NCBI GenBank assembly: GCA_944371445.1
Contig: CALVXR010000094.1
Span: forward strand, 1 to 54,262
DNA from: an uncultured Bacilli bacterium
GTDB taxonomy: Bacteria; Bacillota_I; Bacilli_A; RF39; UBA660
DNA length: 54,262 nucleotides
Reading direction: 5' to 3'
Below are positions 17,699-27,657 of this stretch, one piece after another. The first letter of the stretch is position 1. Each line of letters begins with the position of its first letter. The notes under the pieces were generated by a model. The model worked only from the letters and a program-made list of their open reading frames with translations. It had not been told where the DNA came from and ran no database searches. The translations under genes were made by a program, and so were the position numbers.

Positions 17699-19270
17699 CT
17701 ATTTTAAATAATATTTGTAAATTTTTTCCCTTATATTAAATTCTATCCATATCCTGTTAGCATTTACTATATCTCGGTTCGCTTCTATATAATAGACATC
17801 TTTTTGATTAGTATCATTTGGAATAACATAATTAAAGTTATCTATACTATTTACTGAATTATTTATACTATAATAAATAACTCCATAATTATCAAGTAAG
17901 CTAACAAAATTATTTATTTTTTTATTTTTACTATCTAAGAAACTAGCTTCTATTTTAAGTAAAGCTTTATCTAAATTTCCAGAGAAAGATGGATATACAT
18001 ATTCACTTGATAATACACAATCATTTTCTTTAATACAATAATTATAATTATTTTTAAATATTGTATTTACTTGATATGAGTTGATTTTCAAAGTACCACT
18101 TTTTAATATTGTTTTACTTAAGTCTATTGAAGTACCTAAGTTTACCTCTTTAATTTCTGTTTCTCCTTCTACTTTTTCAGGATTTACTTTTATCTTTGTC
18201 TCCTTTATACCATCTTTTTTATAAACAATATACATATTATAATTTATAAAACTATTAGGTACCTCATAAATTAACATATATTCTACAGGATTATTATTTA
18301 TTTTTTCTTTATTATAACCTACCCCTAAATCATAAAATCTATTAATATAATTTTTATTATGGTAAAATTTTTGACCATTTATTTCTAATGGTAAAAAAGT
18401 AGGTTCCAAATATTCTTCTTCTCCAAACATATTATTAATACGAAAATTTATTAACACATAAGTTTTTAATTTGTTTTCGTTTCCATAAATATCTTTATTG
18501 GTATATAAACTACTATTAAATGTTACAGAAAAATTACCAATTTCAACATTTTCACCTAGTTTATAAACTTTATTAACTACTTTTATATTGAAAATAATTA
18601 AACCAAAAATTATTATAAATAAAGCAATGCTTGATATAGTTATTAACAATTTATTTTCAATAATAACATATTTAAGATTTCTTTTAAATTTATTTAAATT
18701 TCTTTTAAATTTACCTTCCTCAAATTCTACATTAAATTCAAATTCTTCATTATCATTTGCTTTAATATCTAAATCTTCTAGATCTTTTGAAAAATCAAAT
18801 TTTTTGAAATTAAATCCTATTCCTCTAATTATATTTATAACAGTACAAACACTTTGAAGAATTAACATTGTATTAATTAAATCTTGATTTAATTTTAAAG
18901 TACGCACATCTATTAAATTTATTTCAAGAGAAATAAAAGTATTTGTTACATAATAATATAAAATAATTGAAACAAAGCAGATCAATATACTTATAAAGTA
19001 AAAAGTTATAGGTTTTTTCTTATATCTCATTAATAAAAGTATAATTGTATAACCAATAATTAATAAAAATAGTAAGAAAATTATAACTATAGGAATAGTT
19101 TCTTTGACAAATTCAGGAGTCAATAGTGATACTGGTGAATCAATGTATTCATTAAAAAATAAAGATATGTTATATATTTTAAAAACAATATAACATAAAA
19201 TAGCACTAAATATTAAATGGATTAGCTTGAAATTCTTAATTAAAAACGCATATGGTTTTCTAAGTATCAT
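17699..19270 (-). CDS. Polytopic membrane protein with a large extracytoplasmic beta-rich domain (unknown function)
   Basis: 523 aa. About 4 N-terminal TM helices, a charged linker, one further TM, then a ~300-aa Asn/Tyr-rich domain. It is the first gene of the operon. RBS AAAGGGG. Confidence 0.7.
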   Translation of the reverse strand: MILRKPYAFLIKNFKLIHLIFSAILCYIVFKIYNISLFFNEYIDSPVSLLTPEFVKETIPIVIIFLLFLLIIGYTIILLLMRYKKKPITFYFISILICFVSIILYYYVTNTFISLEINLIDVRTLKLNQDLINTMLILQSVCTVINIIRGIGFNFKKFDFSKDLEDLDIKANDNEEFEFNVEFEEGKFKRNLNKFKRNLKYVIIENKLLITISSIALFIIIFGLIIFNIKVVNKVYKLGENVEIGNFSVTFNSSLYTNKDIYGNENKLKTYVLINFRINNMFGEEEYLEPTFLPLEINGQKFYHNKNYINRFYDLGVGYNKEKINNNPVEYMLIYEVPNSFINYNMYIVYKKDGIKETKIKVNPEKVEGETEIKEVNLGTSIDLSKTILKSGTLKINSYQVNTIFKNNYNYCIKENDCVLSSEYVYPSFSGNLDKALLKIEASFLDSKNKKINNFVSLLDNYGVIYYSINNSVNSIDNFNYVIPNDTNQKDVYYIEANRDIVNANRIWIEFNIREKIYKYYLK

Positions 19271-19359
19271 ATTATCTACCCCTTTATTCTATATATAGTA
19301 TAACCTAAAAATAAAAAAAAAAAAAGTAATTTACGATTTTTTCATAAATATACTCGTTA

Positions 19360-20010
19360 TTATGTAAATATATTAAATGGATATCTACTAGGCAAATCAA
19401 GGCTAAATTCCATATATTCTTTTTTTATCGGGTGTATAAAACCTATTGTTTTAGAAAAAAGTGCAATTTGTATACCTTTTTTAGTATTTTTATTATATTT
19501 TTGGTCTCCTACTAGAGGTAATCCTCTATCTGAAAATTGAACTCTTATTTGATGCGATCTTCCTGTTTCTAATTTTATTTCGACTAAACTTTTACCTTCT
19601 TTATATTTTAAAACTTTATAATATAAGGTAGCTTCTTTCCCATTTTTATCAACTTTAACTATATTATTTTTTTTGTCTTTTAGAAGTCTATCTTTGAATA
19701 TTCCTTCTTTAGGTTCTAATTTACCATCTATTACTGCATAATATATTTTTTTTAATTTTTTTTCTCTTATCTCATTAGATAGTCTTGATGCCGCTTTACT
19801 TGTTTTAGCAAATACCATTATTCCGCCTACTGGTCTATCCAATCTATGAACTAAACCTAAATAAACATTACCTTCTTTGTTATACTTTTCTTTTAAATAT
19901 TCTTTGATAATTGTAATCATATCTTTATCTTTGCTAATATCTTCTTGTACAGGAATATTAGGCTTTTTTTCAACAACTATAATATGATTATCTTCATATA
20001 TTATATTCAT
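19360..20010 (-). CDS. RluA-family pseudouridine synthase
   Basis: Contains the HRLDRPVGG motif and SHQIRVQ. The ATG at 20010 forms an ATGA overlap with the upstream stop, whereas the longest ORF starts at a TTG at 20037. Confidence 0.9.
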   Translation of the reverse strand: MNIIYEDNHIIVVEKKPNIPVQEDISKDKDMITIIKEYLKEKYNKEGNVYLGLVHRLDRPVGGIMVFAKTSKAASRLSNEIREKKLKKIYYAVIDGKLEPKEGIFKDRLLKDKKNNIVKVDKNGKEATLYYKVLKYKEGKSLVEIKLETGRSHQIRVQFSDRGLPLVGDQKYNKNTKKGIQIALFSKTIGFIHPIKKEYMEFSLDLPSRYPFNIFT

Positions 20011-20873
20011 TGTTCCCATCTTCCATATATACCACAAGGAAGTAGCATATTATCTTTTTCTATTGGAAGTGCTACTTCACCGGCTGTTATCTTGCCATTT
20101 GGGTACTTTTTAAGTAATGTTGTCTTCAAAATGTTCTCAAGGACTATACTAGAAATTCCTGTTGTATAAGAGTTAATTGTGAAGAATAAAGGATTATCAC
20201 TTAATATCTTAATACATTCTGTAATTAAATTGTAAATATTTTGTTCAAATTTCCAAACTTCTCCATTAGGTCCTCTTCCATAACTAGGAGGATCCATTAT
20301 AATCGCATCGTATTTATGTCCTCTTCTAAATTCTCTTTGTACAAATTTAAGGCAATCATCAACTATAAATCTTATTTTATTATTTTCTAAATGTGACAAA
20401 TGCATATTCTCTTTAGCCCATTCAGTCATTCCTTTAGAAGCGTCAACATGAACAACTTCTACGGCTCCCGCTTTAGAACATGCCATAGTAGCAGCGCCTG
20501 TATAAGCAAATAAATTTAAAACTTTTATTTCTCTACCAGAATTTCTGATTTTATTCATCATAAAATCCCAATTTACAGCTTGTTCTGGAAATAAACCTGT
20601 ATGTTTAAAATTAGTTGGAGATACTTTAAAAGTTAAATCTTTATAATCTATAGTCCAAGAATCTTTTAACTTAGTATAAAAGTTCCAATATCCGCCACCT
20701 TTATTGCTTCTTATATAATGACCATCTACGTTTTTCCATTTTTCATCATAAGTTGCGTTCCATATTGCTTGAGGGTCTGGTCTTCTAAGTATAACACCTT
20801 TCCATGATTCTAATTTTTCTCCACCACCTGCATCTATTATTTTATAGTCTTTCCATTCATTACTAATTTTCAT
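20007..20873 (-). CDS. Class I SAM-dependent rRNA methyltransferase (RlmI/RlmK-like)
   Basis: 288 aa. Contains LNLFAYTGAATMA (SAM motif I) and IIMDPPSYGRG. Confidence 0.82.
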   Translation of the reverse strand: MKISNEWKDYKIIDAGGGEKLESWKGVILRRPDPQAIWNATYDEKWKNVDGHYIRSNKGGGYWNFYTKLKDSWTIDYKDLTFKVSPTNFKHTGLFPEQAVNWDFMMNKIRNSGREIKVLNLFAYTGAATMACSKAGAVEVVHVDASKGMTEWAKENMHLSHLENNKIRFIVDDCLKFVQREFRRGHKYDAIIMDPPSYGRGPNGEVWKFEQNIYNLITECIKILSDNPLFFTINSYTTGISSIVLENILKTTLLKKYPNGKITAGEVALPIEKDNMLLPCGIYGRWEQ

Positions 20874-20910
20874 AAAATCACCTACAGTTATTTTAACATA
20901 TTTTAATATA

Positions 20911-20940
20911 TAATAAAAGAAGCTTATTTATCAGCTTCTT
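20911..20940 (-). terminator. Hairpin overlapping the ftsH stop codon
   Basis: AAGAAGCT (20917-20924) / AGCTTCTT (20933-20940), with a T-rich tail on the - strand. Confidence 0.45.
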
Positions 20941-22915
20941 CTAGTTTTTTTATAAGTTCTTCTTTATTTAATTTAGAATATCCTTCTATTTTCATTTCTT
21001 TTGCTATTTCACGAAGTTCAGCAACTGTTAAGTCTTCATAACTCATTTCTTTTAAATTGCTTTCTTCTTCTATTTCTTCTTTTGGCATTTCACCATTTTT
21101 TACTAAATAATCAATTTGTTCTTTAGTAAGTGTTTCATGTTCTAATAAAGCATTAGCAATTAAATCTAATAAATTTCTATTTTCTTTAATTGTTTTTTCA
21201 GTTACTTTATAACAGTCACCAATTATTTTTCTCATTTCTTCATCTATTTCAAATGCAACTTGAGATGAAAAATTACGAGTTTTATTATAGTCTCTTCCTA
21301 AGAATACACTTGATTCTTGATGTTCGAATTGTACAGGTCCTAAAGAACTCATACCATATTCGGTTACCATAGCACGCGCTATTTTAGTAGCTTTTTCAAA
21401 GTCATTATGTGCTCCAGTAGTTATTTCTTTAAATACTATTTCTTCAGCAACACGTCCTGCAAGTAATCCACTTATACTTTCTAAAAGTTCTTTTTTAGTT
21501 GATAAATAAGTTTCTTCTTTTGGAAGCATTAAGTTATATCCTCCAGCAGAACCTCTTGGTACTATAGTTATTTTTTGAACCTCATTAGCACCATCTAAAC
21601 AAAGTCCTAATACTGCGTGACCTGCTTCATGATAAGCAACAACTTTTCTTTCATGTTCTGTATATTTATGGCTTTTTTTAGCTGGTCCCATAAGAACTCT
21701 ATCATGAGCTTCATCTATTTCAGACATTGTAATAAATGGTTTATTACGTCTCACTGCAAGTAACGCTGCTTCATTAAGTAAATTCTCTAAATCAGCACCA
21801 CTAAATCCTACAGTTCTTTTTGCAATATTTGATAAAGTTATTCCTTTAGCAAATATTTTATTTCTTGCATGTACTTCAAGTATTTCTTCTCTACCTTTAA
21901 TATCTGGTAAATTAACTGTTACTTGTCTATCAAATCTACCTGGTCTAAGTAGTGCTGGATCTAGTACATCTGGTCTATTTGTAGCAGCAATAATTATTAT
22001 TCCTTCGTTAGCACCAAAACCATCCATTTCTGTAAGTAATTGGTTTAAAGTTTGTTCTCTTTCATCATGTCCGCCACCAAGTCCAGCACCTCTTTGTCTA
22101 CCAACTGCATCTATTTCATCAATAAATATTAAACATGGTGCATTTTGTTTTGCTTGTTTAAACATATCACGAACTCTTGAGGCACCTACACCTACGAATA
22201 GTTCAACAAATTCTGAACCACTTATATAATAAAATGGTACACTTGCTTCACCAGCTACTGATCTAGCTAGTAAAGTTTTACCAGTTCCTGGAGGACCTAC
22301 TAATAGTACTCCTTTAGGTATTCTAGCACCTAATCTTTGGAATTTCTTAGGATTTTTTAAGAAATCTATAAGCTCACTAACTTCTTCTTTTTCTTCTTCA
22401 AGTCCAGCTACATCTTTAAATGTAACTTTTCTTGCATCTTCATTAAGTCTTGCTCTACTTTTTCCAAAGTCCATAGACTTATTAGCACTACCCATTTGTC
22501 TAGAAATAAAGAAGAAACCAGCACCTAGTATTATTACCATAGGAAGTACATTTACTAAAAATAATAAGAATGTACTAGACTCTGGATCAGCTACAGTTTT
22601 TATTTTGAATTCTTTTTCTTCTCCAACTTCTAAAAGTTTAGCCATTACTTCATTTGAAAGTGGAACTCTTAAGAAAAATGATTCATTTTCTTCATAATCA
22701 GACATTGTACCTGTTATTTCATATACTTGCGCTCTGCTTCTTGGAGTTATTACAACTTCTTCTACTTCTCCTTTAGCAGCATCTTTCATAAATTCATCAT
22801 ATGTAAGTATGTTAACTTTTTGATTTAAAAAATCAAATACAAACATAACTACAACTATAAAAATAAATATGAATAAATAGGGGATTAAACCTTTTTGAAC
22901 ACTTTTTTTATTCAT
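20924..22915 (-). CDS. ftsH: ATP-dependent zinc metalloprotease FtsH
   Basis: 663 aa. Two TM helices, Walker A GPPGTGKT, the DEIDA box, the SRH region and the zinc motif HEAGHA. Confidence 0.97.
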   Translation of the reverse strand: MNKKSVQKGLIPYLFIFIFIVVVMFVFDFLNQKVNILTYDEFMKDAAKGEVEEVVITPRSRAQVYEITGTMSDYEENESFFLRVPLSNEVMAKLLEVGEEKEFKIKTVADPESSTFLLFLVNVLPMVIILGAGFFFISRQMGSANKSMDFGKSRARLNEDARKVTFKDVAGLEEEKEEVSELIDFLKNPKKFQRLGARIPKGVLLVGPPGTGKTLLARSVAGEASVPFYYISGSEFVELFVGVGASRVRDMFKQAKQNAPCLIFIDEIDAVGRQRGAGLGGGHDEREQTLNQLLTEMDGFGANEGIIIIAATNRPDVLDPALLRPGRFDRQVTVNLPDIKGREEILEVHARNKIFAKGITLSNIAKRTVGFSGADLENLLNEAALLAVRRNKPFITMSEIDEAHDRVLMGPAKKSHKYTEHERKVVAYHEAGHAVLGLCLDGANEVQKITIVPRGSAGGYNLMLPKEETYLSTKKELLESISGLLAGRVAEEIVFKEITTGAHNDFEKATKIARAMVTEYGMSSLGPVQFEHQESSVFLGRDYNKTRNFSSQVAFEIDEEMRKIIGDCYKVTEKTIKENRNLLDLIANALLEHETLTKEQIDYLVKNGEMPKEEIEEESNLKEMSYEDLTVAELREIAKEMKIEGYSKLNKEELIKKLEEADK

Positions 22916-22929
22916 TAATATCTCCTTTC

Positions 22930-24255
22930 TTAATAATACTTAAGTATTATATCACATTTTTCTTCTTTTGACTTATTAAATTTAGATTTTTTTAATCCTG
23001 GAAGCCAAACTATATTTTCTTTTGCATCTACTACTACTGGATATAAATCTCTTTCTAATATATCTATTTTTTCATCTATAAAAATATCTTTTATTTTTTT
23101 ACTTCCTAACATACCTTTTATATTTATTCTATCTCCTCTTTTTCTATTTCTAACATATAGTGGTAAAGTAACATCTTTGTAAGATAGCCTGCATATATCA
23201 TTACCATTTTCTTTAGTACTTTCAATCACTTCAATATTATGTCCATTAGGTAAATTTACATAATCTATTATCTCTATTTCATAATCTTCTTTTTTTTCTT
23301 CTTTTTGAGTAAGATAAAATGTGTTATATGATTTAACTGCTATTACATTATTAGGTAAATGCATAATTATATTAGATTTATCTGAAATAATTAATTCGTA
23401 TATAAGTTCTGCGTGTTTATCTGTTATAAGCATTAAATCATCCTGATAATATGATTCTAACATAGAATAAATTATTTTCATTTTTATAACATGTTCTTCT
23501 AAATTCCATTTTTCTATATCTAATATATTTTTAGAACATATTTCTTTTAATTTTTCCTTTACTACCTTATCTATATAATCATTATATTCAAGTAATGTCC
23601 TACTAAATTTATAGAACTTTTTATGAACATCTCTATCTTCATCTTTTAAATGAGGAAGTATATATTTTCTATATCTGTTTCTAGTATAAACATCTTTATA
23701 ATTAGATTTATCTATCGCATATTTTATATTATTTTTATTACAGTATTCTTCTATTTCTTTTTTTATAACGCCTATAAGTGGTCTTACAATTAAATATGTA
23801 TCCATTTTAACTATTTTTGAAAAACCACTATAACCTTTTAGTGTAGAACCTCTAACTATTCTCATTAAAATAGTTTCCATTAAATCATCACCATGATGAG
23901 CAGTAAGTAAATATTTTGCTTTATATTTTTTTACTATTTCATTAAAATAATTATATCTTATAGTTCTAGCTTCATTATGAAAATTATCATCACCATATTT
24001 ATCTATTTTCATATATTCGAAAATTATGTTATTTTTTATACAGTAATTTTCTACCATAATTTTTTCTTCCGCACTTTCTTTTCTTAAATTATGGTTTACA
24101 TGAGCACATATTACTTTTATATTTTTATTTTGTTTTACACGTACCATCAAATCTAAAAGTGCCATAGAATCAGGTCCACCGGATACTGCTACTACTATAT
24201 TATCATTATCTTCTATATAAGCTTTATTATTCAAAAAATCGTATGCTTCCTGCAC
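22930..24255 (-). CDS. tilS: tRNA(Ile)-lysidine synthetase TilS
   Basis: 441 aa. PP-loop SGGPDS, with the canonical position upstream of ftsH. GTG start. Confidence 0.92.
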   Translation of the reverse strand: MQEAYDFLNNKAYIEDNDNIVVAVSGGPDSMALLDLMVRVKQNKNIKVICAHVNHNLRKESAEEKIMVENYCIKNNIIFEYMKIDKYGDDNFHNEARTIRYNYFNEIVKKYKAKYLLTAHHGDDLMETILMRIVRGSTLKGYSGFSKIVKMDTYLIVRPLIGVIKKEIEEYCNKNNIKYAIDKSNYKDVYTRNRYRKYILPHLKDEDRDVHKKFYKFSRTLLEYNDYIDKVVKEKLKEICSKNILDIEKWNLEEHVIKMKIIYSMLESYYQDDLMLITDKHAELIYELIISDKSNIIMHLPNNVIAVKSYNTFYLTQKEEKKEDYEIEIIDYVNLPNGHNIEVIESTKENGNDICRLSYKDVTLPLYVRNRKRGDRINIKGMLGSKKIKDIFIDEKIDILERDLYPVVVDAKENIVWLPGLKKSKFNKSKEEKCDIILKYY

Positions 24256-24327
24256 ATTATCACTTCCTAGCTAAAATATATTTTATCAGTGTTTATATAA
24301 AAGTACAAGCTAAATAACTTATTATAT

Positions 24328-24356
24328 AAAAAGTAGACACGTTTTTTTATGTCTAC
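24328..24356 (-). terminator. Rho-independent terminator after the ung/kinase-like pair
   Basis: GTAGACA (24333-24339) / TGTCTAC (24350-24356), followed by T5 on the - strand. Confidence 0.6.
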
Positions 24357-25615
24357 TATAAATGATTAATTTCTTGTTTTTCTTTCATATATCTATCTAT
24401 CATTTTATTATATGGAATAAAATTGAGACCATACTTATATAATTTACCCCACGGTATATTATATTCATAAAAAATTAAATCAGTATCTATGATTGCTAAT
24501 TCACCCGCTTTTCTTGGCATTTTATTTTTACCAATTAATCCTACTGTTTCCTCACTGACATATATATCATATGAATTACTATCTTTTAAAAGTCTTCCTA
24601 TATTTTCTCTTCTTGGATCTACCCATACAATTCCACTATCCATTAATTCTTTAAAAATCATATAAACATCATCATCTGTTATATTTTTAGTATCCACAAA
24701 GTCACTTACTTCTATATATAAATCACCTATTTTTCTTCTAAGTAAAGGATATAATATTCTATCATGATTAGGAATTTCATGAACAAATCTTGAATTACCT
24801 GTTTTTAAAACTAAATTTCCAATTCTATATACTTTACTAGATGCACCTTCTTTTATATATTGTATATTTTCTAGCTTACTATTTGTCAGTTCTAATACTT
24901 CTTTTATTATTTGTTCAAGAATGGTCTTATAAATAGAATTTTTAAATTTATTACTATCTATATTATATATTGAAGAATATATTTCATCCTGATATTTTTT
25001 TATTAAACTATTATAATATAATGTATCACTTGTTGTTTTCAGTATTAATAAAAAATCAGGAGTACATTCTATGTTTTTAAATATTTCTTCTAAATAAATA
25101 ATATTATCTTTGATTTCATTTATAAAGCTCTCTAAAATATTACCGTGCAAATACTTTAACATATTCTTTATTAAATATATGATATCATCTTCTTTTAGAA
25201 ATTCTAATAAATTACTTTCCTTTAACATAACTTTTCTAGTTATAATATCTAACGAGTATTTTTTAAATAATTCTGAAAAATCTTCATTAGTTCTTAACTT
25301 TTTTAAGATTTCTTTATTTTTTTCATATTCTTTGATTAATTTAAAAAACATTTCCTCTCTTAAAATATTTATACTATTTATTAGGATATTATAATATTCA
25401 TCTTTGGTAAGTTTATAGTAAAGTTCATAAACATGATGTGCTAATACATGTTCTTCAAATAACTTCTTATATATAACATCAGTACATAAAGATACTATAT
25501 CATCGTTTGTAAAAATTTCTAAATTTTTTAAATTACCAATTTCATTGATATTTTCTTCTGCTCTATTTTTATTTTCTATTAATAAATTATATATTTTTGA
25601 ATGATTTATCCCCAT
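24356..25615 (-). CDS. Hypothetical protein: helical N-domain plus a C-terminal protein-kinase-like module
   Basis: 419 aa. The C-terminal ~170 aa carry EGASSKVY (Gly-loop-like), VLK, WVDPRRENIG (D-x4-N catalytic-loop-like) and IIDTD (metal-binding Asp). The ORF overlaps the ung stop by 10 nt. Confidence 0.45.
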   Translation of the reverse strand: MGINHSKIYNLLIENKNRAEENINEIGNLKNLEIFTNDDIVSLCTDVIYKKLFEEHVLAHHVYELYYKLTKDEYYNILINSINILREEMFFKLIKEYEKNKEILKKLRTNEDFSELFKKYSLDIITRKVMLKESNLLEFLKEDDIIYLIKNMLKYLHGNILESFINEIKDNIIYLEEIFKNIECTPDFLLILKTTSDTLYYNSLIKKYQDEIYSSIYNIDSNKFKNSIYKTILEQIIKEVLELTNSKLENIQYIKEGASSKVYRIGNLVLKTGNSRFVHEIPNHDRILYPLLRRKIGDLYIEVSDFVDTKNITDDDVYMIFKELMDSGIVWVDPRRENIGRLLKDSNSYDIYVSEETVGLIGKNKMPRKAGELAIIDTDLIFYEYNIPWGKLYKYGLNFIPYNKMIDRYMKEKQEINHL

Positions 25616-26259
25616 TTAATTTCACCAAGTCCATCTTTTTTTAAATATTCATTTGTTTTTGAAAATGGTTTACTTCCGAAAAAGCCACGGGATGCTGATA
25701 AAGGTGATGGATGAGCTGACTCAATAATATGATGTACTTTATTAGTAATAAGCTCTTTTTTACTTCTTGCATAACTTCCCCATAATATAAACACAATTGG
25801 AGTTTTTCTTAAATTTAAATATCTAATTAAATTATCAGTGAATATCTCCCAGCCATGATTTCTATGTGAAAGTGGTGTATCTTTAACTACTGTTAAAACA
25901 CTATTTAAAAGAAGTACTCCCTCTTTTGCCCAGTCTGTTAAATCATTTTCATTTCTTTCTATTTCTAAATCATTTTTAAGTTCTTTAAAAATATTATTAA
26001 GAGATGGTGGTCTTCTAACACCTTCTCTTACAGAAAAAGAAAGTCCATGTGCCTCTCCTTCTCCGTGATAAGGATCTTGACCTAGTATTACTACTTTTAC
26101 ATCATTATAATCTGTTAATTTTAAAGCATTAAATATATTTTTATATTCTGGATAGATTATTTTATGTTTGTATTCATCTTTCACAAAAGTTCCTAAATGA
26201 TTAAAATATTCTTTTTTCATTTCTTTTTCTAGTATTTTATCCCAAGTTTTATTTATCAT
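25606..26259 (-). CDS. ung: Uracil-DNA glycosylase
   Basis: 217 aa. Contains GQDPYH and HPSPLS motifs. Confidence 0.95.
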   Translation of the reverse strand: MINKTWDKILEKEMKKEYFNHLGTFVKDEYKHKIIYPEYKNIFNALKLTDYNDVKVVILGQDPYHGEGEAHGLSFSVREGVRRPPSLNNIFKELKNDLEIERNENDLTDWAKEGVLLLNSVLTVVKDTPLSHRNHGWEIFTDNLIRYLNLRKTPIVFILWGSYARSKKELITNKVHHIIESAHPSPLSASRGFFGSKPFSKTNEYLKKDGLGEIKWG

Positions 26260-26288
26260 ATTACCACCATTTATAGTTTATCATATAT

Positions 26289-27575
26289 TTATTTTTTTTT
26301 AAATGTATTTATTATTTCATACCTTAATTTATATAATGCATAAACATTTATAATAGCAAGCAAACCAACCATTATATCTACAAATGACCATATAAAGCTA
26401 GATGGTAGTATACATCCAATAAATAAAACTACTATAGTTATTAATTTTAATAATATTAAATAACTTTTTTTTATATTATTTGAAAAATATTTTAAACTAG
26501 ATTCACCATCATAATATCCCGTTAATATTGTTGAAAATGAAAATAATAGAATTGATATAAATATTATAATATTGCCTATCATTCCTAAGTGATGTACAAA
26601 TGAAAATTGTGTTATCTCTATTCCATTAATATCTTTTATATCAAGATTTTCATATGGAGATGTTAAAATTATAAAAGCAGTTGATGTACATACTAACATG
26701 GTTGTTATATAAACTCCTAACATCTGTAAATATCCTTGACCTTTCGCATCTTTACTTTCTACTGTTGAAGATGCTATAGCACCTGTCCCAAGTCCTGCTT
26801 CATTTGTAAATATTCCTCTTTGTACACCTATTATAAACATGGGTATAAATGATGTAAAAAAAGATTTAAAATTAAGTGCTTCCTTAAAGATTTTACTTAT
26901 AATAAAAGGCATCTTTCCAATATTTTTTAGACAAATATATATACTTGTACCAACATATAATATAATCATAAAAGGTACTATTTTAGAAGTTATATTAGAT
27001 ATTTTTTCTATTCCTCCAAATATTATAAAAAAAGTAATTGCTGACAAAATTATTCCTATTAATACCGGCGAAATATTTATCATTTCTGTTACAGATTTTG
27101 TTATGGTGTTTGCTTGTATTCCTAGAAAGCCAAATATATAACTTACTATTACTACTACCGCATAAATGCTACCTAGTTTTTTATTACCAAGACCTTTTTT
27201 TATATAATAACTAGGACCACCTTTATATATATCACCATAGTCTTTCTCTTTATATTTTATACCAAGTATTGTTTCTCCAAAAGATAGTGAAGCGCAGAGT
27301 ATTGAAATAAGCCACATCCAAAATATTGTACCTACTCCTCCTAGATATATAGAAAGAGCTATTCCAGCAATAGATCCTACACCTATTCTTCCTGCAAGTA
27401 CCATCAATAAAGTTTTATATGGTTTTATTCCTTTAGTAGTTTTAACTGTTAAACTTTTAAACATACGAGTAAAATGAACTTGTACAAATTTTAGTTTAAA
27501 AGAAAAATATAAACCCATTGTTACAAGCAAAACAGAAGAAATAGCCCATATTAATTTATTTATATATTCTATCAC
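26289..27575 (-). CDS. Alanine/glycine:cation symporter (AGCS family)
   Basis: 428 aa. Polytopic, with GGPSYYI and F.NEAGLGT motifs. GTG start after AGGTGA. Confidence 0.88.
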   Translation of the reverse strand: MIEYINKLIWAISSVLLVTMGLYFSFKLKFVQVHFTRMFKSLTVKTTKGIKPYKTLLMVLAGRIGVGSIAGIALSIYLGGVGTIFWMWLISILCASLSFGETILGIKYKEKDYGDIYKGGPSYYIKKGLGNKKLGSIYAVVVIVSYIFGFLGIQANTITKSVTEMINISPVLIGIILSAITFFIIFGGIEKISNITSKIVPFMIILYVGTSIYICLKNIGKMPFIISKIFKEALNFKSFFTSFIPMFIIGVQRGIFTNEAGLGTGAIASSTVESKDAKGQGYLQMLGVYITTMLVCTSTAFIILTSPYENLDIKDINGIEITQFSFVHHLGMIGNIIIFISILLFSFSTILTGYYDGESSLKYFSNNIKKSYLILLKLITIVVLFIGCILPSSFIWSFVDIMVGLLAIINVYALYKLRYEIINTFKKK

Positions 27576-27631
27576 AGTATCACCTAATTAATACTATGAT
27601 TATAAATATTATTAATGTTATTTTTATTTAC

Positions 27632-27657
27632 AAAAAAATATAGGTATTTAACCTATA
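27632..27657 (-). terminator. Rho-independent terminator overlapping the rsmA stop
   Basis: TATAGGT (27639-27645) / ACCTATA (27651-27657), followed by T7 on the - strand. Confidence 0.6.

Noticed and set aside
20007-20010. Considered an alternative genetic code (TGA read as Trp, as in Mollicutes) because of the extreme AT content.
   Set aside because: TGA terminates the methyltransferase ORF in a classic ATGA stop/start overlap. All conserved proteins read through intact with standard stops, and Trp is encoded by TGG. Cell-wall and spore genes are also present.
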